The translations under genes were made by a program, and so were the position numbers. Shown in pieces: positions 37,331-48,200 of a DNA stretch of 64,000 nt (its first letter is position 1; the number at the start of each line of letters is the position of its first letter). The notes under the pieces were generated by a model. It was given only the letters and a program-made list of their open reading frames with translations. It had not been told where the DNA came from and did not search any database. The stretch is from an uncultured virus (IMG/VR IMGVR_UViG_3300048072_000060) (Duplodnaviria; Heunggongvirae; Uroviricota; Caudoviricetes), in the IMG/VR virus record IMGVR_UViG_3300048072_000060; one strand, written 5' to 3'.

Positions 37331-39019
37331 ATGGCCACGTATAGCGGCGCTGTCCTGCCCTCGGGGCTGCCCGGGAATCCTGCCTATGGCGCGGCGGCCA
37401 AGTTCCTGCCTGCGCCCTTGACGCTGCCCTATGCGGCAGCGTTGGCCGGCAACCCGCCTAATGCCGGCGTGAAGACCAACAACCTGCCGATCTCCGAGAT
37501 CGTCTCGGTCTTCTCGGGGAACCTGGTTCGCCAGTTTGAGCAGGACTGGTATCACCACGTCCATCTCTTGCCGGCCACGATCGCGCTGGGCAATCTGCTG
37601 TCGACACAGATGCGCCAGGTCGAGGTGTGGAATGCGCACTTCGCGTCTCAAACCCTGACGGCGGTGATCGGTGCGAACGATGGCGGTATATCACTTGCCG
37701 CCCCGGCCAATCCGCCAACGACCTACGGCATGCTGGAGTCCCGCCTGCACAACGTCTCGGTGAGCCTCGACGGGCCGCCGGTGATCGAAGCGGATTTCAC
37801 CTTCCAGTTTCCAGATGAAGCGCCGACGCTGTCGATCTCCGGCCGACGCGTCGTGGTGTTCGGACTCAAACCCAACTGGGCAGACGGCTGGCTGGAGCGC
37901 TTGATGTGGGCGACTGATGTCCTCACGGCGCGCGACGGTACAGAACAACGGGTCAGCTTGCGGGCCAAGCCGCGCCGCTCCCTGGAGTTCTCGATACTGG
38001 TGGGCAGTGCAGATGCCGCGCTTCTGGACGTGCTGTTGTCGGCTTGGCAATCGCGGGTCTATGCGCTGCCGATCTGGCCCGACAAAGCGGTGCTCACTGC
38101 AGCCATCGCAGCAGGCAGTACGGTAATTCCGCTGACCACCACCAATCTCGAATACGAAGCAGACGGTCTCCTGGTGATTGGCTCAGACAGCCGCAACACC
38201 GAGGCAGCAGAGGTGCTGTCGGTGGCGAGCAACGCCGTGACACTGAAGCAGCCCTTGCTGCAATCCTGGCCGGCGGGCGCGTTTGTGACACCGGCACGCA
38301 CGGCGCGGCTGCGCGTGACACAAGCGGTCTCGCGGGTGACGGACGCCATCGCCACCGCTCGGCTGGTGTTCGATATCGCGGGCACCACGGCCATCACCAA
38401 GCAGGACTCGACCACCACCTTCAACTCGACACCGGTCTGGATCACACGCCCGAACCGGGTGCGCGATGTGGAGAGTGACTATCGGCGGCTGGCCGAAGTA
38501 CTGGATTTCGGCACCGGCATCACAGCCGTCGACGATCATGCCGCGCGCCCCTTCGTGCGTCGCTCCTTCGATTACATCTTCAAGAACCGCACCGAGGTTG
38601 ATGCCTTCAAGGCGTGGCTGGCCGCACGCCAGGGGCGCTTGACCGCGTTCTGGCACCCAACCTGGGAAGCATCCATCGTCCCGGTCAAGAAAATCCTCTC
38701 GAACCAGACGGTGATGACGGTTGCCTCGCGCGGTTACGCACTCTATTTCAATCCGATGCCGGGGCGCACCGAAGCCGCGTTCCTCTACAAAAACGGCACG
38801 TGGTATTTCCGCACGATCTCGAGTTTCGGGGCAGGAACTATCGGTGATGAAGAAGTGATGACGATCAATCAGTCTTTCGGCTTCGACGCCAACCCCGAGG
38901 ACTGGATCGCCATCTATTTTCTGGAAAAAACCCGACTCGATGCCGACCAGATCGAGATCAACTGGCAGACGGACAGCGTCGTGGAAGCATCCATCCCGAT
39001 GCTGAGCGTGAAAGCATGA
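37331..39019 (+). CDS. Tail tip structural protein
   Basis: PNW..GWLERL.WATDV...DGTEQR.SLRAKPRRS; RQGRL.AFW.PTW. Confidence 0.75.
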   Translation: MATYSGAVLPSGLPGNPAYGAAAKFLPAPLTLPYAAALAGNPPNAGVKTNNLPISEIVSVFSGNLVRQFEQDWYHHVHLLPATIALGNLLSTQMRQVEVWNAHFASQTLTAVIGANDGGISLAAPANPPTTYGMLESRLHNVSVSLDGPPVIEADFTFQFPDEAPTLSISGRRVVVFGLKPNWADGWLERLMWATDVLTARDGTEQRVSLRAKPRRSLEFSILVGSADAALLDVLLSAWQSRVYALPIWPDKAVLTAAIAAGSTVIPLTTTNLEYEADGLLVIGSDSRNTEAAEVLSVASNAVTLKQPLLQSWPAGAFVTPARTARLRVTQAVSRVTDAIATARLVFDIAGTTAITKQDSTTTFNSTPVWITRPNRVRDVESDYRRLAEVLDFGTGITAVDDHAARPFVRRSFDYIFKNRTEVDAFKAWLAARQGRLTAFWHPTWEASIVPVKKILSNQTVMTVASRGYALYFNPMPGRTEAAFLYKNGTWYFRTISSFGAGTIGDEEVMTINQSFGFDANPEDWIAIYFLEKTRLDADQIEINWQTDSVVEASIPMLSVKA

Positions 39020-39813
39020 CCTACACCACACAGGAAATCTCGGCGGCGGCTGGCCAGCCGGTCGAGCTTTATCGTTTCGTACTCGGTCAGCAGGTATGGA
39101 CGGTAACGAGTGCCCGGGATGTCATTACCTACCAGGCCGAAAGCTACCAACCCGCCGTGATCCGCCGCTCAGCCGTCGAGCAGTCGCCAGATTTTGCCCG
39201 CAACGGCATTGACCTCGAGTGCGCCCGCGACTTTGCGGTGGCTCAACTCTTCGCGGCGGCACGGCCCAATGGCGTGGTGTCGGTCACGTTGTTTCGTAAC
39301 CACCTGGGTGATGCCGAGTACATCACCTGGTGGAAGGGGCGCGTGGCTTCCGTGGTGTTCAGCGGCAGTACCGCGAAGATTCGCTGCGAGTCGATCTTCA
39401 CGGCGCTGAAGCGGCCGGGCTTGCGCGCCCACTACCAGACCGGGTGCCGCCATGCACTGTTCGATCCGGGCTGCGGAATGAACAACCAAGCCTACAAGGT
39501 GGCCGGTACCGTGAGTGCGCTCTCCGGCCTGAACGTGACATCCAGCGCCTTGCTCGCGCAGGCCACCGGCTGGCTGACCGGAGGGTATCTGCGGGTTGGC
39601 GGCGTGCCACGCATGATCACCAATCACTCGGGTGACACCGTCACGCTCTCGGCCGTACTGCCAGGAATTGCCGTGGGCTCGGCATTTGAAGCCTTTGCCG
39701 GCTGTGACCGGACGTTTGCCACCTGCCAGAGCAAGTTCGGCAACAGTCTCAATTTCGGCGGGTTTCCCTGGATTCCCGTCAAGAACCCCTTCGCCGGGGA
39801 TTCGATTGTCTGA
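39016..39813 (+). CDS. Phage BR0599/DUF2163 baseplate hub protein
   Basis: QPVELYRF; CRHALFDPGC; GCDRTFATCQSKFGN.LNFGGFPWIP. Confidence 0.88.
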   Translation: MTYTTQEISAAAGQPVELYRFVLGQQVWTVTSARDVITYQAESYQPAVIRRSAVEQSPDFARNGIDLECARDFAVAQLFAAARPNGVVSVTLFRNHLGDAEYITWWKGRVASVVFSGSTAKIRCESIFTALKRPGLRAHYQTGCRHALFDPGCGMNNQAYKVAGTVSALSGLNVTSSALLAQATGWLTGGYLRVGGVPRMITNHSGDTVTLSAVLPGIAVGSAFEAFAGCDRTFATCQSKFGNSLNFGGFPWIPVKNPFAGDSIV

Positions 39814-39823
39814 GGGCTGAATC

Positions 39824-40063
39824 ATGTGGGTACAGATTGCCATCTGGGTCATCACCACGGTTATCGGCATGCTGCTTACGCCGAAGCCGCCGAAGCCCAT
39901 TGCGCCCTCGCCGGGCAACCTCGATGTGCCGGTGGCGGAATCCGGAAAGGCCATTCCTGTGCTGTTCGGCACCCGCGTCATTCGTCAGGCCAATGTGGTC
40001 TGGTATGGCGACGTCAAAACCACCGAGATTCGTCAATCGTCGGGCAGCGGAGGCAAGAAATGA
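39824..40063 (+). CDS. Small tail assembly protein
   Basis: Hydrophobic N-terminus, P.AESGKAIPVLFGTR...NVVWYGD. Confidence 0.75.
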   Translation: MWVQIAIWVITTVIGMLLTPKPPKPIAPSPGNLDVPVAESGKAIPVLFGTRVIRQANVVWYGDVKTTEIRQSSGSGGKK

Positions 40064-40266
40064 TTGTGACGCATGACGACGCCAAAGCCTTCGGCTACTG
40101 CAACGCCGGTCTGCGCAAGTGGTTCCCGCGCGATGGCGTGAGCTTTGATGATTTCCGCCAGAACGGTGTGACGACCGACTGGCTGCGCGCCACCGGCGAT
40201 GCGATGGCATGCCGTCTTGCCGACAAAATGGAACAGCCGCTCGAACCACAACAGGAGGAGGCATAA
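40060..40266 (+). CDS. Small tail assembly chaperone
   Basis: GYCNAGLRKWF..F..NGV...L.ATGDAMA; ATGA overlap. Confidence 0.7.
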   Translation: MIVTHDDAKAFGYCNAGLRKWFPRDGVSFDDFRQNGVTTDWLRATGDAMACRLADKMEQPLEPQQEEA

Positions 40267-42477
40267 ATGGGCGGCGGCGGAAAAGGCGGTGGTGGTTCCT
40301 CCACCTATGTCGTCGGCCATCGCTATTACGCCGGACTCCATCTGGCGCTGTGCCACGGGCCGGTGGATGCCGTGACGCGCATCATCGTGGGCGAGCGCAC
40401 GGCCTGGAGCGGCAGCATCACGTCCTCACAGACGATCTACATCAACGCGCCGGAACTCTTCGGTGGCGAGTCCCGCGAGGGCGGTGTCCAAGGCTACGTC
40501 GAAATCAAGATGGGTGGGCCAGCAGAAACCGTTTCCGGCTACCTGCATCAGATGCTCGGCAGCATCATCCCGGCCTTCCGGGGCGTAGTGTCGCTCATCG
40601 CGCAGCAATGCCTGCTGTCGGCCATGAATCCTTACGTCAAGCCGTGGAGCGTCGAAGCGCGGCGCATTCCCGCACCGGCGGCCTTAGGTGGCGGCAACAT
40701 CAACAATGACGCGAACCCGTCGCACATCATCTACGAGTGCCTGAACAACGCCACGTGGGGCTTGGGTTATGCAGCGAGCGAAATCGATGCGACCAGTTTC
40801 CAGACTTCGGCCAACACGCTGGCCTCCGAACAATACGGTTTGTCGATCTTGTGGGATCGCGAACAACCCTTGGAGGAATTCATCGCCGAGGTACTGCGGC
40901 ATATCGACGGCACGCTCTATGTGCATCCCCGCACCGGCAAGTTCGTTCTGAAGCTCGCCCGGGCCGACTACACCGTATCCAGCCTATTGGTGCTCGATGC
41001 GTCGAACATTCTGGAACTGGAGAGTTTTTCGCGGCCGGCTGAATCGGAACTGGTCAATCAGGTCACGGTGCGTTACCGCGATCGATCCACGGACAAGGAT
41101 GCCGCCATCACGGTGCATGACCTGGCGGCGCTGGAACTGGCCGGCGGCGTGGTGTCCTCGGTGACGGTCGATTATCCCGGGGTGAGCAATGGCAGTCTGG
41201 CCTCGCGGGTTGCGCTGGGCGATCTGAAACAACTCTCGGTGCCCCTGGCCAAGGCCACGCTGATCGCCAACCGGCAGGCCGCCAACCTCAACATCGGCGA
41301 GGTATTCAAATTCACCTGGCCCGAGTTCGGCATCGCGCAACTGGTGATGCGGGTGGTGCGCATCTCCTACGGGACGCTGACCGATGGCCGTGTACGGATC
41401 GAATGCGTCGAAGACATCTTTGGCCTGCCATCGGCCTCCTACGTTTCCCCGACGCCGACCTCATGGGTGTCGCCGCTGACGTCACCCGCCCCGGTACCGT
41501 ATCGCCGGCTTGCGGAAGCACCTTGGTGGTCAGTAGTGAAACGACTGGTTGGTGAGTCGGCTACAGCACGCGCCGAACTCGACCCGCAAGGTGGCTTTCT
41601 GGTCGCCTGTGCCAGTCGGCCCTCGGGTGATTCACTCAACGTCAAACTGCTGACCCGCCAGGGCAGCGCCGCCTACGCCGAAGTTGAAACGATGGGCTTT
41701 ACGCCCAATGCAACGGTGACCAATGCCATCGACGAACAGGCGACGGTACTGACCCTCGGCAATGGACAGGACCTCGGCGTCGTGAAACTCGACACCATTG
41801 CCTATCTCGATAACGAGATCGTCGCGGTCAAGGCGATCAATCTCGTGGCCGGCACGGTGACGGTCGATCGGGGCGTGCTCGATACGGTACCGGCAACGCA
41901 CCTGGCAGCAGCGCGCCTCTGGTTTGCCGACGCCGTGGAAGCGCTGATCACCGAGCAGTACCTCTCTGCTGAAACACTGCAGGTGAAGATGCTGCCGGCC
42001 ACCGGCCTCGGTCGCTTGGCAGAATCGGCAGCACCTGCGGATAGCTATACCTTTGCCGGGCGGATGATCCGGCCTTATCCGCCGGGGAACGTGAAAATCA
42101 ACAACGTGATGTGGCCGACGGTCATTCTCGGTCAAGCATCTGTGACCTGGGCCTACCGCGACCGGATGCAGCAGACGGTGTATCTGGTGACGCAGTCCGA
42201 GGCCAACATCGGTCCCGAAGTTGGAACCACCTACACCATTCGGGTCTATGGCGAGAGCGGCGCTCTCCGGAAAACCGTCACCGGCATCACCACGACGTCC
42301 TGGAGTTATCTCGTCGCCGATGAGGTAACCGACAGTGGTCTGGGCCGCCTCAACGGAAAACTCAAGATTGAAGTTGAAGCGGTGCGCGACGGCTATGCCA
42401 GTTGGCAACGGCAAACGCGCAGTTTTGATCGCGCCGGCTTCGGACTCAATTACGGCAAATACTATGGAGGCATCTGA
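40267..42477 (+). CDS. Central tail / host-specificity protein (Phage-tail_3-like)
   Basis: 736 aa; YYAGLHLALCHGPVD, PAFRGV, NPSHIIYECL.N..WGLG, RPYPPGN. Confidence 0.85.
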   Translation: MGGGGKGGGGSSTYVVGHRYYAGLHLALCHGPVDAVTRIIVGERTAWSGSITSSQTIYINAPELFGGESREGGVQGYVEIKMGGPAETVSGYLHQMLGSIIPAFRGVVSLIAQQCLLSAMNPYVKPWSVEARRIPAPAALGGGNINNDANPSHIIYECLNNATWGLGYAASEIDATSFQTSANTLASEQYGLSILWDREQPLEEFIAEVLRHIDGTLYVHPRTGKFVLKLARADYTVSSLLVLDASNILELESFSRPAESELVNQVTVRYRDRSTDKDAAITVHDLAALELAGGVVSSVTVDYPGVSNGSLASRVALGDLKQLSVPLAKATLIANRQAANLNIGEVFKFTWPEFGIAQLVMRVVRISYGTLTDGRVRIECVEDIFGLPSASYVSPTPTSWVSPLTSPAPVPYRRLAEAPWWSVVKRLVGESATARAELDPQGGFLVACASRPSGDSLNVKLLTRQGSAAYAEVETMGFTPNATVTNAIDEQATVLTLGNGQDLGVVKLDTIAYLDNEIVAVKAINLVAGTVTVDRGVLDTVPATHLAAARLWFADAVEALITEQYLSAETLQVKMLPATGLGRLAESAAPADSYTFAGRMIRPYPPGNVKINNVMWPTVILGQASVTWAYRDRMQQTVYLVTQSEANIGPEVGTTYTIRVYGESGALRKTVTGITTTSWSYLVADEVTDSGLGRLNGKLKIEVEAVRDGYASWQRQTRSFDRAGFGLNYGKYYGGI

Positions 42478-42827
42478 TGGCAAGCACTGATCCCAATCTC
42501 GGACTGACCTACGGCTGGACGCTCGGCGAGTCGGGCTGGAATACCAGCATGGACACAAACTTGAAACGCGTCGGCGCAGTCGTTGGGCTCTCGGTCAAGG
42601 ACCGGGATCTGACTACGCCGCCAGCGGGCCCCGTCGATGGTGATCGCTACATCATCCCGGCCGCCGCCACTGGCGTCTGGGCAGCCAAGACCAACCAGAT
42701 CGCCGTCCGAGTGGCGAGTGCCTGGGAGTATTACGTACCCAAAGTGGGCTGGCTCTGCTTTATCGAGGACGAGGCGGTTCTGTCCGCCTACAAGGTTGCT
42801 GGATGGAGTGCTGGCGTCGCGATCTGA
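42477..42827 (+). CDS. DUF2793 domain protein
   Basis: SVKDRDLTTPP..PVDGDRYIIPAAATGVWA. Confidence 0.85.
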   Translation: MASTDPNLGLTYGWTLGESGWNTSMDTNLKRVGAVVGLSVKDRDLTTPPAGPVDGDRYIIPAAATGVWAAKTNQIAVRVASAWEYYVPKVGWLCFIEDEAVLSAYKVAGWSAGVAI

Positions 42828-42847
42828 ACTGAATACTTTGCAACCAC

Positions 42848-42878
42848 CGAACCCGCCCTCGAGGCGGGTTTCGCATTT
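42848..42878 (+). terminator. Terminator-like hairpin before the lysis genes
   Basis: AACCCGCC-CTCGA-GGCGGGTT followed by TCGCATTT. Confidence 0.55.
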
Positions 42879-42894
42879 CTGGAGGACTGAAAAC

Positions 42895-43188
42895 ATGGAC
42901 GGAGCACAAATCGAGCGGCGCAAGATGGTGACGTTGCCACAAGAAGAATTCGAGGAAATTCTGGAGCGCGCCGCCGAGCGCGGTGCTCGGCACGCCCTGT
43001 CGGAAGTCGGGCTCGATGGCCCGGATGCTGCCCGCGACATCCACGAGTTGCGCGGACTGCTGGACGCCTTCACGGAAGCCAAGAAAACTGCCGGCCTGAC
43101 CATCGTGAAGATGCTGGTCACGGGCATGGTCATGGCATTGCTGGCCGGCGCCTTCGTGAAACTCAAGTTGTTCGGAGGTGGGCAATGA
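42895..43188 (+). CDS. DUF6127-like membrane protein (lysis module)
   Basis: LERAAERGARHALSEVGL..DIHELRGLLDA; C-terminal TM helix; GGAGG RBS. Confidence 0.75.
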   Translation: MDGAQIERRKMVTLPQEEFEEILERAAERGARHALSEVGLDGPDAARDIHELRGLLDAFTEAKKTAGLTIVKMLVTGMVMALLAGAFVKLKLFGGGQ

Positions 43189-43661
43189 TCGAGACGCTAC
43201 TGGGTGGTCTGCTGGGCGGCGCGTTTCGACTGGCTCCGGAAATCCTGAAATGGATGGACCGCAATGGAGAACGCAGTCACGAACTGGCGATGCAGGACAA
43301 GGCCCTGGAGTTCGAGAAAATCCGTGGCGCGCAACGCATGGGTGAGATCGGGGCCGGTGCCGATGCGGCGTGGAATACCGGGGCTATCGAGGCGCTGCGC
43401 GATGCGGTGCGCACCCAGGGTGAAAAGACTGGCGTGGCGTGGGCAGATGCGCTGTCCTCCAGCGTGCGTCCGGTGATCACTTACTGGTTCATGGCCTTGT
43501 ACTGTGCCGCCAAGACAGCCGCGTTCGTGGCTGCCGTTACTGCAGGCGCTGAGTGGGGTGCGGCGATCCTTCACGTATGGACTGAAGCCGATCAGGCGCT
43601 ATGGGCCGGGGTGCTAAATTTCTGGTTCCTTGGGCGCGTTTTCGACCGGGTGCGGTCGTGA
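43185..43661 (+). CDS. Putative holin
   Basis: Hydrophobic segments; SVRPVITY and FWFLGR motifs of 3TM-type holins. Confidence 0.7.
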   Translation: MIETLLGGLLGGAFRLAPEILKWMDRNGERSHELAMQDKALEFEKIRGAQRMGEIGAGADAAWNTGAIEALRDAVRTQGEKTGVAWADALSSSVRPVITYWFMALYCAAKTAAFVAAVTAGAEWGAAILHVWTEADQALWAGVLNFWFLGRVFDRVRS

Positions 43662-44164
43662 TTGATGTGCCGCAGGCGGCGATCGATCTGGCCAAGCGGT
43701 TCGAGGGTTTTCATCGCGTACCGAGGTTCGATCCCGGGCGGCGTGCGCACCCGTACATCTGCCCTGCAGGTTACTGGACGATTGGCTATGGCCATCTCTG
43801 CGATGCGCAACATCCATCGATTTCGGAGGTTGAGGCCGAAGACTATCTGGCTGGGGATCTGATGACGGCCCTGAAGGCGACGCTACGATACTGCCCGGTG
43901 CTGACCAACGAACCCGAGGGGCGGCTGGCGGCCATCGTCGATTTTACGTTCAATCTTGGTGCGGGACGGCTGCAGGCTTCGACGCTGCGACGACGAATCA
44001 ATCAGCGGAATTGGATTGCAGTGGGGCAGGAATTACGTCGATGGGTCTATGGTGGCGGCAGGGTGTTGCCTGGCCTCGTTGCGCGACGAGAATACGAACG
44101 AGTGTTATTCAATGCGCATGAGCGCCGTTCAAAAGTATTCGGCATCAGCCTTCCGTCTCATTGA
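43658..44164 (+). CDS. Endolysin, GH24 phage lysozyme
   Basis: KRFEG...YICPAGYWTIGYGH, FTFNLG, STL.RRIN, WVYGGG.VLPGLVARR. Confidence 0.92.
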   Translation: MIDVPQAAIDLAKRFEGFHRVPRFDPGRRAHPYICPAGYWTIGYGHLCDAQHPSISEVEAEDYLAGDLMTALKATLRYCPVLTNEPEGRLAAIVDFTFNLGAGRLQASTLRRRINQRNWIAVGQELRRWVYGGGRVLPGLVARREYERVLFNAHERRSKVFGISLPSH

Positions 44165-44285
44165 AGCCGTGCTCACGAGTAGTGCTTCGATTGGTTGCTG
44201 CAGCCGGGCTGATGACTGTGGTGTTAATCAGTATTTGATGGTGGCCGAACTGGCGGAACCCACCAGTTCGAGTTAAACTATAATA

Positions 44286-45209
44286 ATGAAAAGAGCTACT
44301 TCAAGACTTGGTCGAGGAACGCCTGCCCATTTTTCGGGGCATGAGACGTTTCCTCTGCGTCAGATGTGGCTCAAGAAGGCTTTTGATCGAGCGATTGATG
44401 GTGGCCTGATCGTCAAGGCCACCTTTTCTGATGAGACCGCTATCGCCTCCTTTGGAGTAGGTAAGAACATGGTCGCGTCGATTCGGCATTGGGCTTTGGC
44501 GTGCGGTGTGATGCGTGAGACCGACCAGGGATTTCGCATCGGCGGCCTCGCCAGCGAAATCCTGCAAGACGGAGGCCTAGACCCTTATGCTGAGAGCCCT
44601 TCGACCGCATGGCTTGCCCATTGGCAGCTTGCAGGTCGATGCTTCCGCTCAACGACATGGCATTGGCTATTCAATCATGTGACGGTTCCCACATTCACGC
44701 GCCAAGAGCTCGAAGACCCCTTGGCCCGCTATGCCCGCGAGCTCGACCCTAAGCACCGCCTTTCGGCCTCGACTATCTCGCGCGACTTGGAGACGTGCCT
44801 CCGCAGCTACGCCCCGAGAGCGGCGGGAGGCTCTCCCGAGGACTTCGCTGAGCCACTGTTGGGCGAGTTGGGCCTGCTTCAAGAAGTCCATAAGGGCCAA
44901 TATGCGTTCCGTCGCGGCCCCAAGGCATCACTGCACAATGGCGTCTTCGCTTATGCCTTGGTCGACTTCTGGAATCGCGCGGCCGAAGGCCAAAGTTCTT
45001 TGGCATTTGAGACTGTCGCCTACGCTGAAGGTTCTCCGGGCCGCGTGTTCAAGCTCGATGAAGAGTCCATAGCCCAACGGCTGATCGCTCTGTCTGATTT
45101 CACGGGCCGCAAACTTGAGTGGACCGATTCCGCAGGTCTTCGGCAGGTCCATCGCAAGGATTTGTCCAAGGAGGACATAAAGAACATGATCAGGCGTGCC
45201 TATGACTGA
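44286..45209 (+). CDS. sspB: DUF4007 protein, SspB-like nickase of ssDNA phosphorothioation
   Basis: FSGHETFPLR..WLKK, GVGKNMVASIRHW, DPY.E...W..HW, SPGRVFKL, DSAGLRQ. Confidence 0.85.
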   Translation: MKRATSRLGRGTPAHFSGHETFPLRQMWLKKAFDRAIDGGLIVKATFSDETAIASFGVGKNMVASIRHWALACGVMRETDQGFRIGGLASEILQDGGLDPYAESPSTAWLAHWQLAGRCFRSTTWHWLFNHVTVPTFTRQELEDPLARYARELDPKHRLSASTISRDLETCLRSYAPRAAGGSPEDFAEPLLGELGLLQEVHKGQYAFRRGPKASLHNGVFAYALVDFWNRAAEGQSSLAFETVAYAEGSPGRVFKLDEESIAQRLIALSDFTGRKLEWTDSAGLRQVHRKDLSKEDIKNMIRRAYD

Positions 45210-48200
45210 AAAGAAGCAGCAGGCGCTGTCTGATATCGTCCAAATTTCGCGCCAATACCAACGCTCAATCCGTGTCGACGCCGATATCGGCCGCGCGGAC
45301 GCTCTCTCCGGCTACATCTGCCACGCGACCGCGACCGCTGTGATCGACGGTATGTGCAGGCAGCTAACCGGTACTAACCAACGCTGTTTTACGTGGACCG
45401 GCCCGTTTGGAGGCGGCAAGAGCTCGCTGGCCGTCGCTTTGGCGAGCGCGCTGCATCCGGACAAGAGTCTTCGGGCGAGGGCTCACCAAGCCCTGCATCT
45501 GGACTCAAAGCCTGCGTTCGAAAAAGCCTTCCCGGTTGAAAAAGGATGGTTGATCGTTCCGGCGGTGGGCCGGCGTGGTAGCGTCGTGGCCGAGCTCTAT
45601 GCGGCGCTGCGTCGTGCGCAGGGTAAATCAGTCGACGGGCGCAGCAAACCCAACGCGCAGACCCTTATCTCCGATTTGGTCGAAGAGGCCAAGAGTCGCC
45701 CGTACGACGGCGCACTAGTCATCATTGACGAGATGGGTAAATTCTTGGAGGCTTCTGCCCTGGGCTCCGGAGACGATGTCTACTTCTTCCAGGAGCTGGC
45801 CGAAGCCGCTGCACGCTCCGAGGGGCGCTTGGTCGTTGTCGGCGTCTTGCATCAATCTTTCGCTCAGTATTCGGTCCGTTTGGGAATAGATACACGCGAC
45901 GATTGGACTAAGGTTCAAGGCCGCTACGTCGATTTGCCGTTCGTAGCCGCAAGTGACGAGGTCGTCGAGTTGATCGGTCGCGCAATCGAGGCTAAGGAGC
46001 GTCCGCCTTGGATGCACGACGCATCTAAAGCGATCGCCGAAGCGATCCGCTCGCGCAGGCCCGCCGTGGGACATAACTTCGCCGCGGCCTTGGAGGCCTG
46101 TTGGCCGCTGCATCCGGCCATGGCCGCACTACTGGGCCCGATCTCCAAGCGGCAATTCGGACAGAACGAGCGCAGTACCTTCGGCTTCTTGTCGTCAGTG
46201 GAGCCGCATGGTTTCCGCTCCTATCTGAATACGACGTTCAGAAGCGAGGCAAGTTGGTATCGCCCGAGCGATTACTGGGATTACCTACGTTCGAACCTGG
46301 AGCCGGCGATCCTCGCTTCTCCCGACGGCCACCGCTGGTCGCAAGCCGTCGAAGCCGTGGAGCGTGCCGAGGCCAGGACGGGCGATGCCCTGTTGGTGTC
46401 GCTGATCAAGAACATCGCCGTCATCGACCTCTTCCGCAACGGCTCGGGCCTGGCGGCTGATACAAACGTCATCAGTGCGCTCTTCTATGACACGAAGCCC
46501 GAGGAGCTCGGTGCTGCACTAAGAAAGCTCTCTGATCTAAAAGTCGCCCTATACAAAAACTACACCGGCGCTTGGTCGGTTTTTGAAGGCAGCGACTTCG
46601 ACATCGACGCGGCCATTGCCAAAGCCCTGGCTGCCTCCCCTGGCATCGACTACGCCCGGCTGGCGCAGCTAATGGGGTTGCATCCGGTGGTTGCAAAGCG
46701 GCACTATCACGAGACCGGCTCCATGCGCTGGATGGAACTCTCGCTGTGCAGCATCGAGCAGGCAGAGAAGATCGCCACCGACTTCCGGCCCAAGAAGGGC
46801 GAGTTCGGAACATTCATTCTGGCTCTGCCGAGCAAAGGAATGAGCCCGCGAGCCGCGCGGCTGCGCGCGCAAGCTTGCTCGAAGCTTCGCCCGTGGCCCG
46901 TAATGGTGGGCATCCCCTCCAACCACGCCCGCATCGCAGAGCTCTCTGCCGAGCTGGTGGCTTTGGAGCAAGTGAAAGAACGCCATGAGCTCTCGGGCGA
47001 TGCTGTCGCACGCCGAGAGGTTTACGCGCGCCTCGCCGCGACCCGGGCCGACCTTGAGGACCAACTTCAAGCAGCAGTGTCGCTGGCGAAGTGGCACGCC
47101 GGAACTGATGAAATTCTCGAGCCTGGCTCGAAGCTCTCCCCTGTGGCCTCAGAACTAGCGGAAGATCTATTCAGCGCCTCTCCACCGGTGTGGAGCGAGC
47201 TGGTGAACCGCGATAGCGTGTCGAGCAACAGCGTGAAGGCACGTCGCGACCTGCTGCACGCGATGATTAACGCCGAAGGCCAAGAGGCCTTGAGCTTCGA
47301 GGGCTTCCCCGCCGAGCGTGGGCTCTACGAGACACTTCTACGAAGTACGGATATTCACCGTAAAGACGCTTCGGGAGCCTGGCGCTGCCTGCCACCAGGT
47401 GACGGATTCGCCGAAGGTTTCTCGAAGCTGTGGGATGCTACACGAGCCCTTTTCTCGGACGCCAACATTCGCGTGGGTGCTCACGAGATTTACGCCCTAT
47501 GGAGCGCGCCTCCCTTTGGCATGAAGCTAGGCATTCAGCCGGTGATCCTCACGGCGTTCCTGCTTGCTCACAAGGCCAACATCGCAGTCTACAAAGATGG
47601 GATGTTCGTGCCTAGGCTCACCGACTTCGATATCGATGAGTGCCTCCAAGACCCAGACCGCTTCTCATTGCGTTGGGTGGCCATCGACGAGGACAAGAAC
47701 CGGATCCTCGAGGGCATCTCGAGGCTACTGGCTGAGATCGGCGAAAACGTCGGGGCGTCCGACCCGCTCGAAGCCGCTCGCGGCCTAGTAGCCATGGTGT
47801 TCAACCTGCCCGAATGGGCTCGGAGGACGGCTCGACTAGGGCAAACAGCCAAGGCAATGCGCGACATGCTCTTGAAGGCCAGCGACCCTCACAAGGTCTT
47901 GTTCGTTGACCTAGCTTCCCTGCTGAGCGCCGCCGACGGCAAAGCATATGTGAAGGCATTGCGCGCGCCGCTGCAGGAGCTCGCCGGTGCCTACGGCAAG
48001 ATGCTTGCGGAAGTTGAGGTCAAGATGCTCGAGGCCCTCGACGCAAGTCGAGATGACTTGGATGCGTTGAGGGAGCGCGCGAAGTCCGTCTCCGGCATTT
48101 CCGGCGATCTCCAGTTGGATGGCTTCGCCACACGCCTGGCCAACTTCGACGGATCGCGCGCTTCGCTTGAGGGCATCCTGAGCCTGGCTGCTGAGAGGCC

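Larger units (their letters stand above)
432..44164. mobile_element. Prophage (lambda-like head, long non-contractile tail, serine recombinase type); ends not defined, may extend right to include the Ssp locus
   Basis: Ordered integration, replication, terminase, portal, protease, capsid, tail, tape measure and lysis modules next to a tRNA gene; no att repeat found. Confidence 0.93.

Noticed and set aside
35751..42827. Diversity-generating retroelement or invertible tail cassette
   Set aside because: No reverse transcriptase, template/variable repeat pair or invertase seen
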